Shown here piece after piece: positions 1 through 9,494 of a stretch of 64,000 nt of DNA (position 1 is the stretch's first letter; each line of letters opens with the position of its first letter). The notes beneath the pieces are model-generated. The model ran no database searches. It worked only from the letters and a program-made list of their open reading frames with translations, and was not told the DNA's origin. The stretch lies in the NCBI GenBank assembly GCA_017456555.1, contig JAFTJF010000006.1:4389-68388 (forward strand), given 5' to 3'. The stretch is from Clostridia bacterium (GTDB lineage: Bacteria > Bacillota > Clostridia > TANB77 > CAG-508). Made by a program: the position numbers and the translations under genes.

Positions 1-1128
1 AGAAAGTGGTAAAACAGCAACTTTGTATGGAGCTAATGCTGGATGTAATTTTAATACAGTTCTTACATCTCCTTCTCCCACTTCCTCTTCATAATAGCTA
101 TTACATAAGAAAGCAAGTGTTACTCTATCTGCTCCAAGTGATGGTTCAATACAATATGGTACATATCTTTCATTTGTTTCAGGGTCTAAATATGTCATAT
201 CTTCTTTAGAATGGTTCATATGTTGTGTTAAATCAAAGTCAGTTCTATTTGCTATTCCCCATAATTCTCCCCATCCAAAAGGGAATTTTACTTCTATATC
301 TGTAGTTCCTTTGCTATAATGAGATAATTCTTCTGGAGAATGATCTCTCATTCTCATATTTTCTTCTTGCATACCTAAACTTAATAGCCAATTTTTACAA
401 TAATTTTTCCAGTATTCAAACCATTCCATGTCTGTTCCTGGTTTGCAGAAAAATTCAAGTTCCATTTGTTCGAATTCTCTTGTTCTGAATGTGAAGTTTC
501 CAGGTGTTATTTCATTTCTAAAAGATTTACCAATTTGAGCAATACCCATTGGCATTTTTCTTCTTGTTGTTCTTAATACATTTTTAAAGTTAACAAATAT
601 ACCTTGAGCTGTTTCTGGTCTTAAGAAAATTTCTGCTTTAGCATCTTCTGTTACACCTTGGAATGTTTTAAACATTAAGTTAAATTTTCTAATATCTGTG
701 AAATTATGTTTTCCACATTCTGGACAATTGATGTTATTATCATCCATGAATTTTATCATCTCTACGTCTGACATTCCATCAGCAACCATATCTTTTCCTT
801 GTTCGTGAGCCCATTCTTCAATAAGTTTATCTGCTCTGTGTCTTGTTTTACATTCTTTACAATCTATTAATGGATCTGAAAATCCTCCAACGTGTCCTGA
901 TGCAACCCATGTTTGTGGATTCATAAGAATTGCTGCATCTAATCCAACATTGTGTTTAGATTCTTGAACGAATTTTTTCATCCATGCTTTTTTTACATTG
1001 TTTTTTAATTCAACTCCAAGTGGACCATAATCCCAAGTGTTCGCTAAACCACCATAAATTTCTGATCCTGGATATACATATCCTCTTGATTTGCATAAAC
1101 TAACAATTTTTTCCATTGATTCTACCAT
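1..1128 (-). CDS. glyQS: glycine--tRNA ligase (homodimeric GlyQS type), N-terminal 376 codons; the C-terminus lies beyond the left window edge
   Basis: Absent from the ORF track because it runs off the window. My minus-strand translation from ATG 1128-1126 reads [54 protein letters not shown]...[12 protein letters not shown]...[25 protein letters not shown] and stays open to base 1. RBS GGAGG at 1137-1141; T-box leader upstream. Confidence 0.9.
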   Translation of the reverse strand, partial: MVESMEKIVSLCKSRGYVYPGSEIYGGLANTWDYGPLGVELKNNVKKAWMKKFVQESKHNVGLDAAILMNPQTWVASGHVGGFSDPLIDCKECKTRHRADKLIEEWAHEQGKDMVADGMSDVEMIKFMDDNNINCPECGKHNFTDIRKFNLMFKTFQGVTEDAKAEIFLRPETAQGIFVNFKNVLRTTRRKMPMGIAQIGKSFRNEITPGNFTFRTREFEQMELEFFCKPGTDMEWFEYWKNYCKNWLLSLGMQEENMRMRDHSPEELSHYSKGTTDIEVKFPFGWGELWGIANRTDFDLTQHMNHSKEDMTYLDPETNERYVPYCIEPSLGADRVTLAFLCNSYYEEEVGEGDVRTVLKLHPALAPYKVAVLPLS

Positions 1129-1141
1129 AATAAAAACCTCC

Positions 1142-1420
1142 TCTTTATTTTTTCTGTGAAAATAATGGTAACCTTTCTCACAGTTTTTTCTAAGGATTCA
1201 GTCTTTATATAAAACAAAAAACTTACATCCTTAGCATAAAGCTAGGGACGTAAGTTAAGCTCACGCGGTTCCACCCTAATTGGTATTTTTAATACCCACC
1301 TTAATTAATATCACTCCAAAGTTCCAAAATACACTAGCTTTTATTTGTTTCTCACTATCACAAATTCACTGTAAATCGCCATATGTGTATTTCCTCTTTT
1401 TCATCGCGATTCATATTATG
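1142..1420 (-). promoter_or_regulatory. T-box leader (tRNA-sensing riboswitch) controlling glyQS
   Basis: The minus strand carries the T-box core AATTAGGGTGGAACCGCG (plus-strand 1262-1283), followed by a terminator hairpin (1222-1254) and a U-run. An upstream segment ...AUAUGGCGAU... could present a GGC (Gly) specifier; that part is inference. Confidence 0.8.
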
Positions 1421-1426
1421 TAATCT

Positions 1427-1455
1427 ATTTTACAATAGAAATCTCTAAAAGTCAA
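1427..1455 (-). promoter_or_regulatory. sigma-A type promoter for the glyQS leader
   Basis: Minus strand reads TTGACT (1455-1450), a 17-nt spacer, then TAAAAT (1432-1427). Confidence 0.5.
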
Positions 1456-1474
1456 TTAAAATTTTTGATTAATA

Positions 1475-2095
1475 TTATTCAACTTCTATATCATCAAAAG
1501 ATTCATATTCTTCAATTTCTTTATTATCGATATCTATTTTTGAACGTTTATTATTTGGTTTTCTAATTCTAATTACTTTTATCGGATTTTTTTCAAATAA
1601 TCCATTTAAATCTCTTGGATCATCATCAATAAATATTCCATTTGTATAATCTATATCTAATAAAAATTTATACTCAGCTGTTACTATTATTCCATCAAAA
1701 TATTGCATTATTCCTGATCCCATCAATTTTTTCAATTGATATTCTTGGTTTGTTTTTGGAATATATGTTAATATAAAAATTTTATGACCTTTTTCTTTTA
1801 ATCTTTCTAAAAATCTGATTGCATCTTCAAATACTATTTGTTTTCCATTATCCACAACAGATTTTACAGCATCTACAACTACATCTGAATCAACATTATA
1901 TTTTTTCCCCATTTTTTCTGCATGTGTAAATATATTATCTAAGGTTGAATTGAAATTATCTTTTGCATCTTGAATTATAGGTTCAGCATCTCTTTTTGTC
2001 AATTCCCCTATTTTATTACCAATTGCTGCAATCATTAAACTTGTAAGTTTTGCTGTTTCATATAATGTATTATCAAAATCAATATAATAATTCAT
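1475..2095 (-). CDS. HAD-superfamily hydrolase
   Basis: N-terminal DxDxT motif (YIDFDNTLYET). Size of 206 aa is typical of HAD phosphatases. Confidence 0.6.
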   Translation of the reverse strand: MNYYIDFDNTLYETAKLTSLMIAAIGNKIGELTKRDAEPIIQDAKDNFNSTLDNIFTHAEKMGKKYNVDSDVVVDAVKSVVDNGKQIVFEDAIRFLERLKEKGHKIFILTYIPKTNQEYQLKKLMGSGIMQYFDGIIVTAEYKFLLDIDYTNGIFIDDDPRDLNGLFEKNPIKVIRIRKPNNKRSKIDIDNKEIEEYESFDDIEVE

Positions 2096-2205
2096 AATTC
2101 AAATCTCCTTTTATAAAACAATTTTCTCCATCAATTTACTTATAGCACACTAATTCGATTTATTCAACAAATTATTTGTAGAATTTTGTAAAAAAACAGA
2201 AAAAT

Positions 2206-2338
2206 ATTTCCACAAGATTATGAAAACCATTTTTTATCTTACATTTTCCTGTGGATAATGTGGATAACTCTGTGAATAACTCATTTCAATGCATTTTTTC
2301 GACATATTTTATTCACATCGTTTTTAGCTTGTGGAAAT
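2206..2338. promoter_or_regulatory. DnaA-box cluster (at least 6 boxes)
   Basis: Two abutting perfect boxes TGTGGATAA at 2250-2258 and 2259-2267. TGTGAATAA at 2271-2279 (8/9). TTATTCACA at 2309-2317 (8/9, opposite orientation). ATTTCCACA at 2206-2214 and its complement TGTGGAAAT at 2330-2338 (7/9 each). Consensus is TTATCCACA. Confidence 0.7.
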
Positions 2339-2549
2339 TATTTTTATTTTTATTTTTTTATGTGTACAGTATGTTTGTTTGGTTAACTCATCAATTATCA
2401 TTGAAATCTATTGTTTTTCTTTTGTTTTGTTTTTTTGTCAAAGATTATATTTCTTTTTTACTATATTCTATTCACTTTTTTTACATTTTATGTTATATTT
2501 TATGATACATATTTAAATGTTGCAATAAAATATTGAAAGGATCACACTA

Positions 2550-4523
2550 ATGAAAGAAAAAATAAAGCAGAAGTTTAAATCATTTTGTGAAAAAACGAAA
2601 TTAAATAAACTTCCAGAAAAATTAAAATCTTTTTGCAAGTTTTTAAAACTAGATAAAGTTTTAGATAAACTAAAATCTTTTTGTAAATTTATAAAACTTG
2701 ATAAATTATTTAATAAATTAAAAAAAGTTGATAAAGAAATATATATAAAAACGTTTATATTAATTCTTATTCCAATATTAATTTATCTATACTGTCAATT
2801 TTTCTGTAATGGTAAATTAATTTTTGAACCAAAAAGAATGTTACTTAACTTTATGTTTATATACTTCATAATAGGATTCTTTTATTGCTTTGTTGGAAAA
2901 GTAAAAATAAGCTACTATCTTACAATAATACTTACAGGTATACTTGGAATTATAAATCATTTCATAACAGCTTTTAGAGGAACACCTTTAGTCCCATGGG
3001 ATATATTTTCTTTAAATGTTGCATTAACTGTACTTCCAACTTTTAAATTTACAGTTACTAAGCAACTTATTTTTGGAATTATAATTTTAATAGTCTCTTT
3101 AGTAATACTTTCAAGAGTAAAATTCCATAGTTTCAGAAACGGAAAAAGAAAAAAAGCTTATAGAGTATGTTCTTTTGTAGCAATTCTTACTTTTGTAATT
3201 TGTTTTTATTTAACAAATTTAATTTCATGGTTTGATTTAAATGAAAACTGGGACCCTAAAGAAGAGTACCACAACAATGGTTTAGTAGCGAGTCTTTTTA
3301 AACAATCTAGAAATCTTATTATACGTGAACCAGACGGCTATGATGTAGAATCTCTTACAAACCTTGCAAAAACAATTGAAGTTCCAATAATAGAAAATAA
3401 AGAAAATTCAGAAATGCCAAATGTCATTGTTATAATGAATGAATCATTTGCAGATTTAACAGTTAATGGCGATTTTAAAACTAATACAGAATACTTACCA
3501 TATTTCAAAAGTTTAAAAGAAAATACAATAAAAGGAAACCTACATGTATCAATATTTGGAGCAACCACTCCAAACTCTGAATGGGAAGTTTTAACTTCAA
3601 ATTCGATGGCCTTTGTACCAAAAAGAACAGTTCCTTATCAACAATATGTTTTAAGAAAATCTTATTCTTTAGCATCAATTTTTAAAGAACTAGATTATTC
3701 TACAACAGCAATTCACTGCTATTATCCTCAAGGTTATAATAGAAATTTAGCATATCCTAGACTTGGTTTTGATAAATTCTATAGCATGTATGAATTAAAA
3801 GATTTAACATATATTAGAGAATATCCTGATGATTTAAGTACATATAAAAATATAATAGACATCTATGAAAATAAAGGCGATAAAAAAATGTTTAACTTCA
3901 CTCTTACAATGCAAAATCATGGAAGTTACACAGACGAAAACTTCCAAAATACAGTAATTGCTGAAGATGGACAATATCCAAAATTAAATCAATATTTATC
4001 ACTAATAAAAATTGCAGATGAATCATTAAAAGAATTATTAACCTATTTTGAAAAACAAGAAGAACATACTATTATAGTAATGTTCGGAGATCACCAACCT
4101 TATGTTGAAGATGAATTTTACAATAACATGCTTGCTCAAAAGTATGAAGACATAACATCAAAAGAAGCTGTAGAAAATAAATATATAACACCATTTATGA
4201 TTTGGGCAAATTATGATATCGACGAAGAAAAGTATTCATCTGTAACAGATATTAGTACAAATTACTTAGCATCACTTATATTAGATGTTACAAATATTCA
4301 AAAAACTCCTTATCTTCAATTCTTAGATGAAATGAGAGAGGAAATTCCAATAATAACAGGAAATGGTTATATGGATAAAGAAGGTATTTATCATGACTTT
4401 TCAGAAGAAACAGCTTATACAAAATTAATAGATCAATACCATTATCTACAATTTAACAACATGTTTGATAACTCAAATAAACTAACCTCTTTATTCCAAA
4501 TACCATCAGAAATTTCAAAATAA
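2550..4523 (+). CDS. LtaS/sulfatase-family phosphoglycerol (lipoteichoic acid) transferase-like membrane enzyme
   Basis: Several N-terminal TM helices followed by an extracellular sulfatase-type domain (NVIVIMNESFAD...FGDHQP). The extreme N-terminus is a repeated KLKSFCKF(L/I)KLDK module. Confidence 0.7.
   Translation: MKEKIKQKFKSFCEKTKLNKLPEKLKSFCKFLKLDKVLDKLKSFCKFIKLDKLFNKLKKVDKEIYIKTFILILIPILIYLYCQFFCNGKLIFEPKRMLLNFMFIYFIIGFFYCFVGKVKISYYLTIILTGILGIINHFITAFRGTPLVPWDIFSLNVALTVLPTFKFTVTKQLIFGIIILIVSLVILSRVKFHSFRNGKRKKAYRVCSFVAILTFVICFYLTNLISWFDLNENWDPKEEYHNNGLVASLFKQSRNLIIREPDGYDVESLTNLAKTIEVPIIENKENSEMPNVIVIMNESFADLTVNGDFKTNTEYLPYFKSLKENTIKGNLHVSIFGATTPNSEWEVLTSNSMAFVPKRTVPYQQYVLRKSYSLASIFKELDYSTTAIHCYYPQGYNRNLAYPRLGFDKFYSMYELKDLTYIREYPDDLSTYKNIIDIYENKGDKKMFNFTLTMQNHGSYTDENFQNTVIAEDGQYPKLNQYLSLIKIADESLKELLTYFEKQEEHTIIVMFGDHQPYVEDEFYNNMLAQKYEDITSKEAVENKYITPFMIWANYDIDEEKYSSVTDISTNYLASLILDVTNIQKTPYLQFLDEMREEIPIITGNGYMDKEGIYHDFSEETAYTKLIDQYHYLQFNNMFDNSNKLTSLFQIPSEISK
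2571..2738 (+). repeat. 3.5 tandem copies of a 48-bp (16-codon) repeat inside the 5' end of the LtaS-like gene
   Basis: Units at 2571-2618, 2619-2666 and 2667-2714, with a partial unit at 2715-2738. Units 2 and 3 are near-identical (aaAtTaaaatctttttgCaaGtttTtaaaactAgataaaGttTtaGat versus aaActaaaatctttttgtaaatttataaaacttgataaattatttaat). Confidence 0.85.
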
Positions 4524-4531
4524 ACCAAAAG

Positions 4532-4563
4532 AAGCTCAAGAAAATTAATCTTGAGCTTTTTTA
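4532..4563. terminator. bidirectional intrinsic terminator between the convergent LtaS-like and carboxypeptidase genes
   Basis: AAGCTCAAGA-aaattaa-TCTTGAGCTT followed by a T-run, with A-rich sequence upstream. Confidence 0.75.
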
Positions 4564-4609
4564 TTACATTGCTTACAAAGTTTTTATTTTCATTCTATAT
4601 CATAATCTT

Positions 4610-5890
4610 TTAATTCAATTTAAAATCATACATATCATCTTTATTGTTTTCTTTCACAACTGCAATAATTGTTTTTGTTTCAAATATTTTTTTATAATCC
4701 ATAAAATAATATTTAGCAAAAACTAATATTGCAATTCCAATAATAATTTTAACCCATTCAAATATTGATGTATCTGTTTCCGCACTATTATAATCTTTTT
4801 TTGTTCCTGTTACTGTTTCTAAAGTTGTTTCCTCAACTTCTATTCCCTCACCTCTAGCTACAGATTCATGATTTCTTGAAACAATTTCTTGTTCTTCTTT
4901 TACTTCTTGTTTTTGATTTTGACTTTCTCTATATTCTGCTAAAATTTCATCTTCACTAAAATTTTCATATCCATATTCAAATAAGTTTATTGTATCCAAA
5001 TATCTAGCACTCAATCCATCTGCTGTTGTTTCTGCATGTAATATTACAGAAATTAATTCAAATCCATATTTATTGCTACTTGATATTAAACAGTTTTTAG
5101 CTGGAGTTGTAAATCCTGTTTTTATTCCTGTGCAATATTCATAATAATATCTGCTATCTCTTACCATCAAACTATTTGTATTTCTAAAAACTCTTGGTTC
5201 TGAATAAATTTCTGTTGTTGGTAAACTACATTCCATTTTAGCAACTCTTGTTTTAAATTCTTCATTTTGCATACAATATTTAGCAATCATAGCTAAATCA
5301 TATGCTGTAGAATAATGATTATCATCATGAGCCCCATTGGCATTTACAAAGTTTGAATTAAAACATCCAATTTCTTTTGCTTTTTGATTCATTAAATTAG
5401 CAAATTCAGAAACGCTTCCAGAAATATGTTCTGCTATTATATTTGCAGATTCATTTGCTGATTGTAGTAGCAATACATCTAATAATTCACTTATTGTAAA
5501 TTCTTCTCCAACATGAATATTAGCAATTGAATACCCTGATTTTATTGAATGAACTGCTTCATAACTTGCTACTGCTTTTTCGTTTAAATCACAGTTTTCT
5601 ATTGCTAAAATAGCTGTTAAAATTTTTGTTGTACTAGCTGGATATTTTTTTGCATGTATATCTTTTTCATAAAGTATTTTCCCAGTTGTTGCTTCTATTA
5701 AAATTGCTGCTTCTGAATAAATATTCAGATTTCCATTTTTGGCTTCGTCTTCTATATCACTTATATCTTCTTTTTGTTCGTTTAAAATTACTATTTCACT
5801 CTCATCATTAGCTTTGCAAATTATGCCAAAAATATTTTGTAACAATATAAATATTATTGCAAAACTAATTATTATTTTCTTTAGTTTCAT
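4610..5890 (-). CDS. D-alanyl-D-alanine carboxypeptidase (peptidase S11, PBP5/DacB/DacF-like)
   Basis: Signal/TM N-terminus. SxxK (ASTTKILT), SxN (QSANESA) and KTG (GIKTGFT) motifs occur in the canonical order. Confidence 0.85.
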   Translation of the reverse strand: MKLKKIIISFAIIFILLQNIFGIICKANDESEIVILNEQKEDISDIEDEAKNGNLNIYSEAAILIEATTGKILYEKDIHAKKYPASTTKILTAILAIENCDLNEKAVASYEAVHSIKSGYSIANIHVGEEFTISELLDVLLLQSANESANIIAEHISGSVSEFANLMNQKAKEIGCFNSNFVNANGAHDDNHYSTAYDLAMIAKYCMQNEEFKTRVAKMECSLPTTEIYSEPRVFRNTNSLMVRDSRYYYEYCTGIKTGFTTPAKNCLISSSNKYGFELISVILHAETTADGLSARYLDTINLFEYGYENFSEDEILAEYRESQNQKQEVKEEQEIVSRNHESVARGEGIEVEETTLETVTGTKKDYNSAETDTSIFEWVKIIIGIAILVFAKYYFMDYKKIFETKTIIAVVKENNKDDMYDFKLN

Positions 5891-5905
5891 CTTTCCTCCA
5901 GAAAG

Positions 5906-6991
5906 TTATTTTTTACAATATTCTTTAAAAAATTTATTATCAACAATACTAAAATCTACTTCGTATTTTGAATTTTTTTCGATTCCAGTTTCAGTAAATT
6001 GCCATCCTATTATTTTTGAAGTAAATTCCTCATTTTGTGCAGCTTCTTGATCTGTTTCTGTGTACCAATAATTAGGAACTTTATACTCTAAATTATAGTA
6101 AGCAATCCAAAATTTTGTATCTATTTCATATAAATATTCGTTTACTATATTAGCATTGCTATAAACTATAGTTTCTATACCTTTTTCTTTAAATTTATTA
6201 ATTAAATTTGTAACAAGCTCTACTCTATCTTCCCAAAGTTCATCAGCTCGTCCAACACCATCATGGTCTTCAACATCAATTGCCAAAGGCAATTTGCACA
6301 TTTGGGTTTTATTCTTATTTAAAAATTCCTCTATAAATTTTACTTCTTCATCAAGCTCTTCTTCTGTAATTGCTTCATCTATATAATAAAATCCATATGG
6401 AACTTCTAAATATTCACAAGCATCTATAAACATTTGAAAGTTTGGATCTGTATAAAAATTTCCTTCTTCTCCATATCCCCTTCCACCAGCTCTTATATAT
6501 ACATAATTTACATCATAATTTAATAAAAAAGCACAATATTCTCCAACTGTTTCAAACTGTTTATAAATTACATTAAACTTTGAAACATCTGACATCAATA
6601 CTTTTTCGTTAGCTTCAGAAAATTCAAAATAACTTGCATTTTCTTTTTCAATAAAACCAACTTTATCATCAGCTTTAACTTTATACCATACCTTGTTTTC
6701 TTCATCAACAACTTCTTCTACTATATATACTAATTGGCCTAATTTTAAATCTGAAATTTTTCTCCATTTAGAAATTTTTGGCTTTCTAAAAAAACTTACA
6801 TTTTCATTAATAACAACACCATGAATTGCATTTGAAACATCTATATTATTCCACTTTTCTTCTCTTTTTTTATATATTATGAAGCTTATTAATGAAATTA
6901 CAAGTACGAAAATTAAAATGACCAATATTACTTTCTTTTTATTTAAAACTCTTTCTTCTAACATTCTATTCATAACTTTATTTCCTATCAC
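5906..6991 (-). CDS. membrane-anchored GH25 muramidase (lysozyme) with an SH3-like domain
   Basis: N-terminal TM helix, an SH3b-like stretch (LKLGQLVYIVEEV...WYKVKADDKVGFI), then GH25-like blocks (DVSKFN...YVYIRAGGRGY...LPLAIDVEDHDG...WIAYYN). Sits 15 nt upstream of the carboxypeptidase gene. Confidence 0.65.
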   Translation of the reverse strand: MIGNKVMNRMLEERVLNKKKVILVILIFVLVISLISFIIYKKREEKWNNIDVSNAIHGVVINENVSFFRKPKISKWRKISDLKLGQLVYIVEEVVDEENKVWYKVKADDKVGFIEKENASYFEFSEANEKVLMSDVSKFNVIYKQFETVGEYCAFLLNYDVNYVYIRAGGRGYGEEGNFYTDPNFQMFIDACEYLEVPYGFYYIDEAITEEELDEEVKFIEEFLNKNKTQMCKLPLAIDVEDHDGVGRADELWEDRVELVTNLINKFKEKGIETIVYSNANIVNEYLYEIDTKFWIAYYNLEYKVPNYWYTETDQEAAQNEEFTSKIIGWQFTETGIEKNSKYEVDFSIVDNKFFKEYCKK

Positions 6992-7141
6992 AATTTTTTT
7001 AGGACAAAATTCGTCATTTTATTTTTAGCATATTTAGTATAACATATAACTCTTTTTTGTACATTATAAAATCACAAAATAATACATTAATTTTTATAAT
7101 ATTTAGATAAAAAAGTATTTCTAAATTTTTACTAAAAAGCA

Positions 7142-7170
7142 TTGACAAACCCTAAAATTTGTTTTAAAAT
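7142..7170 (+). promoter_or_regulatory. sigma-A promoter of the tRNA pair
   Basis: TTGACA (7142-7147), a 17-nt spacer, then TAAAAT (7165-7170), about 30 nt upstream of tRNA-His. Confidence 0.65.
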
Positions 7171-7200
7171 ATAAGAGCGTTGTGAGAATCGATACAACAT

Positions 7201-7278
7201 GGTGGATGTAGCGTAGTTGGTTAACGCGTCAGTTTGTGGCACTGAAGACCGTGGGTTCGAGTCCCATCTTCCACCCCA
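7201..7278 (+). tRNA. tRNA-His (anticodon GTG)
   Basis: Cloverleaf folded by hand. Anticodon stem TCAGT/ACTGA with loop TTGTGGC. T-loop GGGTTCGAGTCCC. Encoded G-1 pairs with C73, the tRNA-His signature. 3' CCA is encoded. Confidence 0.9.
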
Positions 7279-7287
7279 CTATAATAT

Positions 7288-7363
7288 TGGGCTGTAGCCA
7301 AGCGGTAAGGCACCAGACTTTGACTCTGGCATTTCGATAGTTCGAATCTATCCAGCCCAGCCA
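7288..7363 (+). tRNA. tRNA-Gln (anticodon TTG)
   Basis: Acceptor stem TGGGCTG/CAGCCCA. Anticodon stem CCAGA/TCTGG with loop CTTTGAC. T-loop GTTCGAATC. CCA is encoded. Confidence 0.9.
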
Positions 7364-7366
7364 AAA

Positions 7367-7402
7367 AAGAGAAATAACATATATTGTTATTTCTCTTTTT
7401 TT
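7367..7402 (+). terminator. intrinsic terminator after the tRNA pair
   Basis: AAGAGAAATAAC-atatat-GTTATTTCTCTT followed by TTTTT. Confidence 0.85.
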
Positions 7403-7489
7403 ATTTCTCATTTTCATTACAATTATTGTTTCCCCAAATATTTAATGCTATAATTTAAATATATTTTATTTATAAGGAGACTTATATTT

Positions 7490-7909
7490 ATGCCAAATGA
7501 TCAAGAAATTAACAAAGGAAATATCGATAAATTATCTCTAGTTGACAAAATAAAACTTGTTACATCAAAAAATTCAAGTGACGTGTTGAATTTTGCTATG
7601 AAAGAAAAAAATCAAAAAAGTCCTGTTACAGAAGTATATTCACCAGAACAAGTGGAATCAGCCACACATACTATTGCACCTGAAGTATATGAAGCCACAT
7701 TAGAAGAACAAAATGATTTATTAGTTAATGGTGCAGCAGATATTAATAAAAAAATGGAAGAAATTTCACAAGCCGAAAAAGATACTGCTGAAAAACCAAG
7801 AAATAATCAAGAAACTGGAAAATCAACCATTTCAGTTGAAGAAATTATAGTTGGTAATTCTCATGAAATTGATGGACCTGATAAAGAAGACGACGGTCCT
7901 GAATTGTAA
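7490..7909 (+). CDS. hypothetical acidic, probably disordered protein (139 aa)
   Basis: ORF with RBS (AAGGAGA 8 nt upstream of the ATG). E/D/K-rich with no motif I recognise. Confidence 0.45.
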   Translation: MPNDQEINKGNIDKLSLVDKIKLVTSKNSSDVLNFAMKEKNQKSPVTEVYSPEQVESATHTIAPEVYEATLEEQNDLLVNGAADINKKMEEISQAEKDTAEKPRNNQETGKSTISVEEIIVGNSHEIDGPDKEDDGPEL

Positions 7910-7923
7910 TATCATTAATACAA

Positions 7924-8463
7924 ATGAGGTCGATTAGAATGTTCAAAAGAAAAAAGAACAAAATTGCAGATGACATTATTAATAAGGAGAGAAACATGGT
8001 TATATCATTAGAACAACGTCAAGTATATAGTGAAGTATTAGAAGTTTTAAGACATATGGACAAATTATATGTAGATAAAATTCCTAAAAAACTTATTATG
8101 TTTTTTTATGATAATTGTTCACTTGACTATGAATTTACAATGACAAAATCAATAGGTGAAGAAAAATTAAATGACAAAACATTAGCACTTCTTTCTCTTT
8201 TGCATGCCAATTATTGGTCTGCTAAGAAAAAAACAAAAGAAGAACTTATTATGGATTATGCAGTTATTGATCAAAGAACACAAAAACAATTAAATTCACA
8301 ACTTGAACAAGAAAATATATTTACTAGAATTGATGTTTCTTCAAATAACTCATCAAGTGATGAAAATGGAAACTTGCCTGTTCCTGTAAATTCAGCTTTA
8401 AATATTGTGAAAAAAATACTTAATCTAATAAAAACTGCATTCATTAAATTCTTTGGTGATTAA
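7924..8463 (+). CDS. hypothetical protein (about 174-179 aa)
   Basis: ORF 14 nt after the previous gene. An alternative ATG at 7939 lies behind a GAGG. No recognisable domain. Confidence 0.45.
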   Translation: MRSIRMFKRKKNKIADDIINKERNMVISLEQRQVYSEVLEVLRHMDKLYVDKIPKKLIMFFYDNCSLDYEFTMTKSIGEEKLNDKTLALLSLLHANYWSAKKKTKEELIMDYAVIDQRTQKQLNSQLEQENIFTRIDVSSNNSSSDENGNLPVPVNSALNIVKKILNLIKTAFIKFFGD

Positions 8464-8469
8464 TATAAA

Positions 8470-8500
8470 AGTCCCATTACTTATAACTAGTAATGGGGCT
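8470..8500 (+). terminator. intrinsic terminator of the two-gene hypothetical operon
   Basis: AGTCCCATTACT-tataact-AGTAATGGGGCT followed by TTGTTATTT. Confidence 0.7.
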
Positions 8501-8540
8501 TTGTTATTTCATTTATTAATCAAATATATTATAAAACAAA

Positions 8541-8564
8541 AAGAACTCTATTTCTAGAGTTCTT
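8541..8564 (-). terminator. intrinsic terminator of the sortase gene
   Basis: AAGAACTCTA-tttc-TAGAGTTCTT, with a U-run on the minus strand (plus-strand acaaaaa at 8535-8541). Confidence 0.7.
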
Positions 8565-8576
8565 CTTATTTTTATT

Positions 8577-9311
8577 TTATTGAGCTTTTTCAGCTGCCCA
8601 GATTATAATTCTTCCACTACTGTCATCTGTACATGTTTGTAATGAAATTTCTCTTCTTCCTTCAGTATCTCTTGTAAAGTAAGATGCATCATTAGCAGTT
8701 GTTTGATAGATGTTGTAGATTTCATATGTTACTTTTTCTCCATATTGATCTGTTATGTATATTACATCTCCACTTGTTAACTTTTTATTGTCTGAGAAGA
8801 ATAGTCCATTTCTATAGTTGTGACCATAAATTATTGTATTTCCAACTTGGTTTAATCCTGGTCCATAAGCTATACCAACAGCTATTTCAAGACTTCTTTT
8901 TGTTACACTATCTAATACAGGATATTTAATTCCAGTTTTTGGAATTTCAATTGTTCCTTTTACTTCATAATCTTCCATATAAACTTTTTCTGGTTCTTCT
9001 TGAACAGGCTCTTCTTCTACTCTATTTGCATTTAATGCATTTAGTTCTTCTAAAGGATTAACCAAATTTCTATCTATTGGAACATATTCATCAGCTACAT
9101 TTTCATTTTTGATTTTATTTACTTTATTGGTGTTTTTATCTTTTTTTACAGTTTGTGTTGATGCTTCAAATTGATCCATTGCAGATTGAGCATTTTCATT
9201 TATATTATTAGAATTTAGTAAATCATATGCAAAATATCCTACAATTCCGAATATTGCAACTATAAATATTACTAAAAGCATAGTTAATATATTTCCATAT
9301 TTATCAAACAT
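8577..9311 (-). CDS. sortase-family transpeptidase
   Basis: N-terminal TM anchor, an IYGHN histidine block, LQTCT (TLxTC-type catalytic Cys) and a downstream Arg. Confidence 0.75.
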   Translation of the reverse strand: MFDKYGNILTMLLVIFIVAIFGIVGYFAYDLLNSNNINENAQSAMDQFEASTQTVKKDKNTNKVNKIKNENVADEYVPIDRNLVNPLEELNALNANRVEEEPVQEEPEKVYMEDYEVKGTIEIPKTGIKYPVLDSVTKRSLEIAVGIAYGPGLNQVGNTIIYGHNYRNGLFFSDNKKLTSGDVIYITDQYGEKVTYEIYNIYQTTANDASYFTRDTEGRREISLQTCTDDSSGRIIIWAAEKAQ

Positions 9312-9494
9312 ATTTTTTTCTCCAATCTTTACAAATATTTACATAATTACCTACTATCATTATAACATATAGGGTTTTTATTTTCAATTTTTTTATACTT
9401 TTTTAACACAAATTTAATAAAACTTTAAGAATTGTAAATCTTAGTCAAAATTCTCAATTTCTCACTTATAATTATTATATGTATACACAAAAAA

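Noticed and set aside
2251-2516. ORFs of 84 and 61 aa in the HAD/LtaS intergenic region.
   Set aside because: They are composed of F/I/L/Y runs produced by T-rich DNA. They begin inside the DnaA boxes and have no RBS.
2200-2520. The DnaA-box cluster plus AT-rich tract as the chromosomal origin (oriC).
   Set aside because: Genes on both sides keep the same minus orientation, and 60 kb of co-oriented genes continue to the right. No dnaA, dnaN or rpmH is nearby. An origin would be expected to show a strand switch. I kept it as a secondary DnaA-box cluster instead.
2571-2738. Regularly spaced repeats as a possible CRISPR array.
   Set aside because: The units abut without spacers, are in frame and lie inside a coding sequence. 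No cas genes or other repeat-spacer arrays occur in the window.
7229-7417. 62-aa minus-strand ORF.
   Set aside because: It lies entirely antisense to the tRNA-His and tRNA-Gln genes and their terminator.
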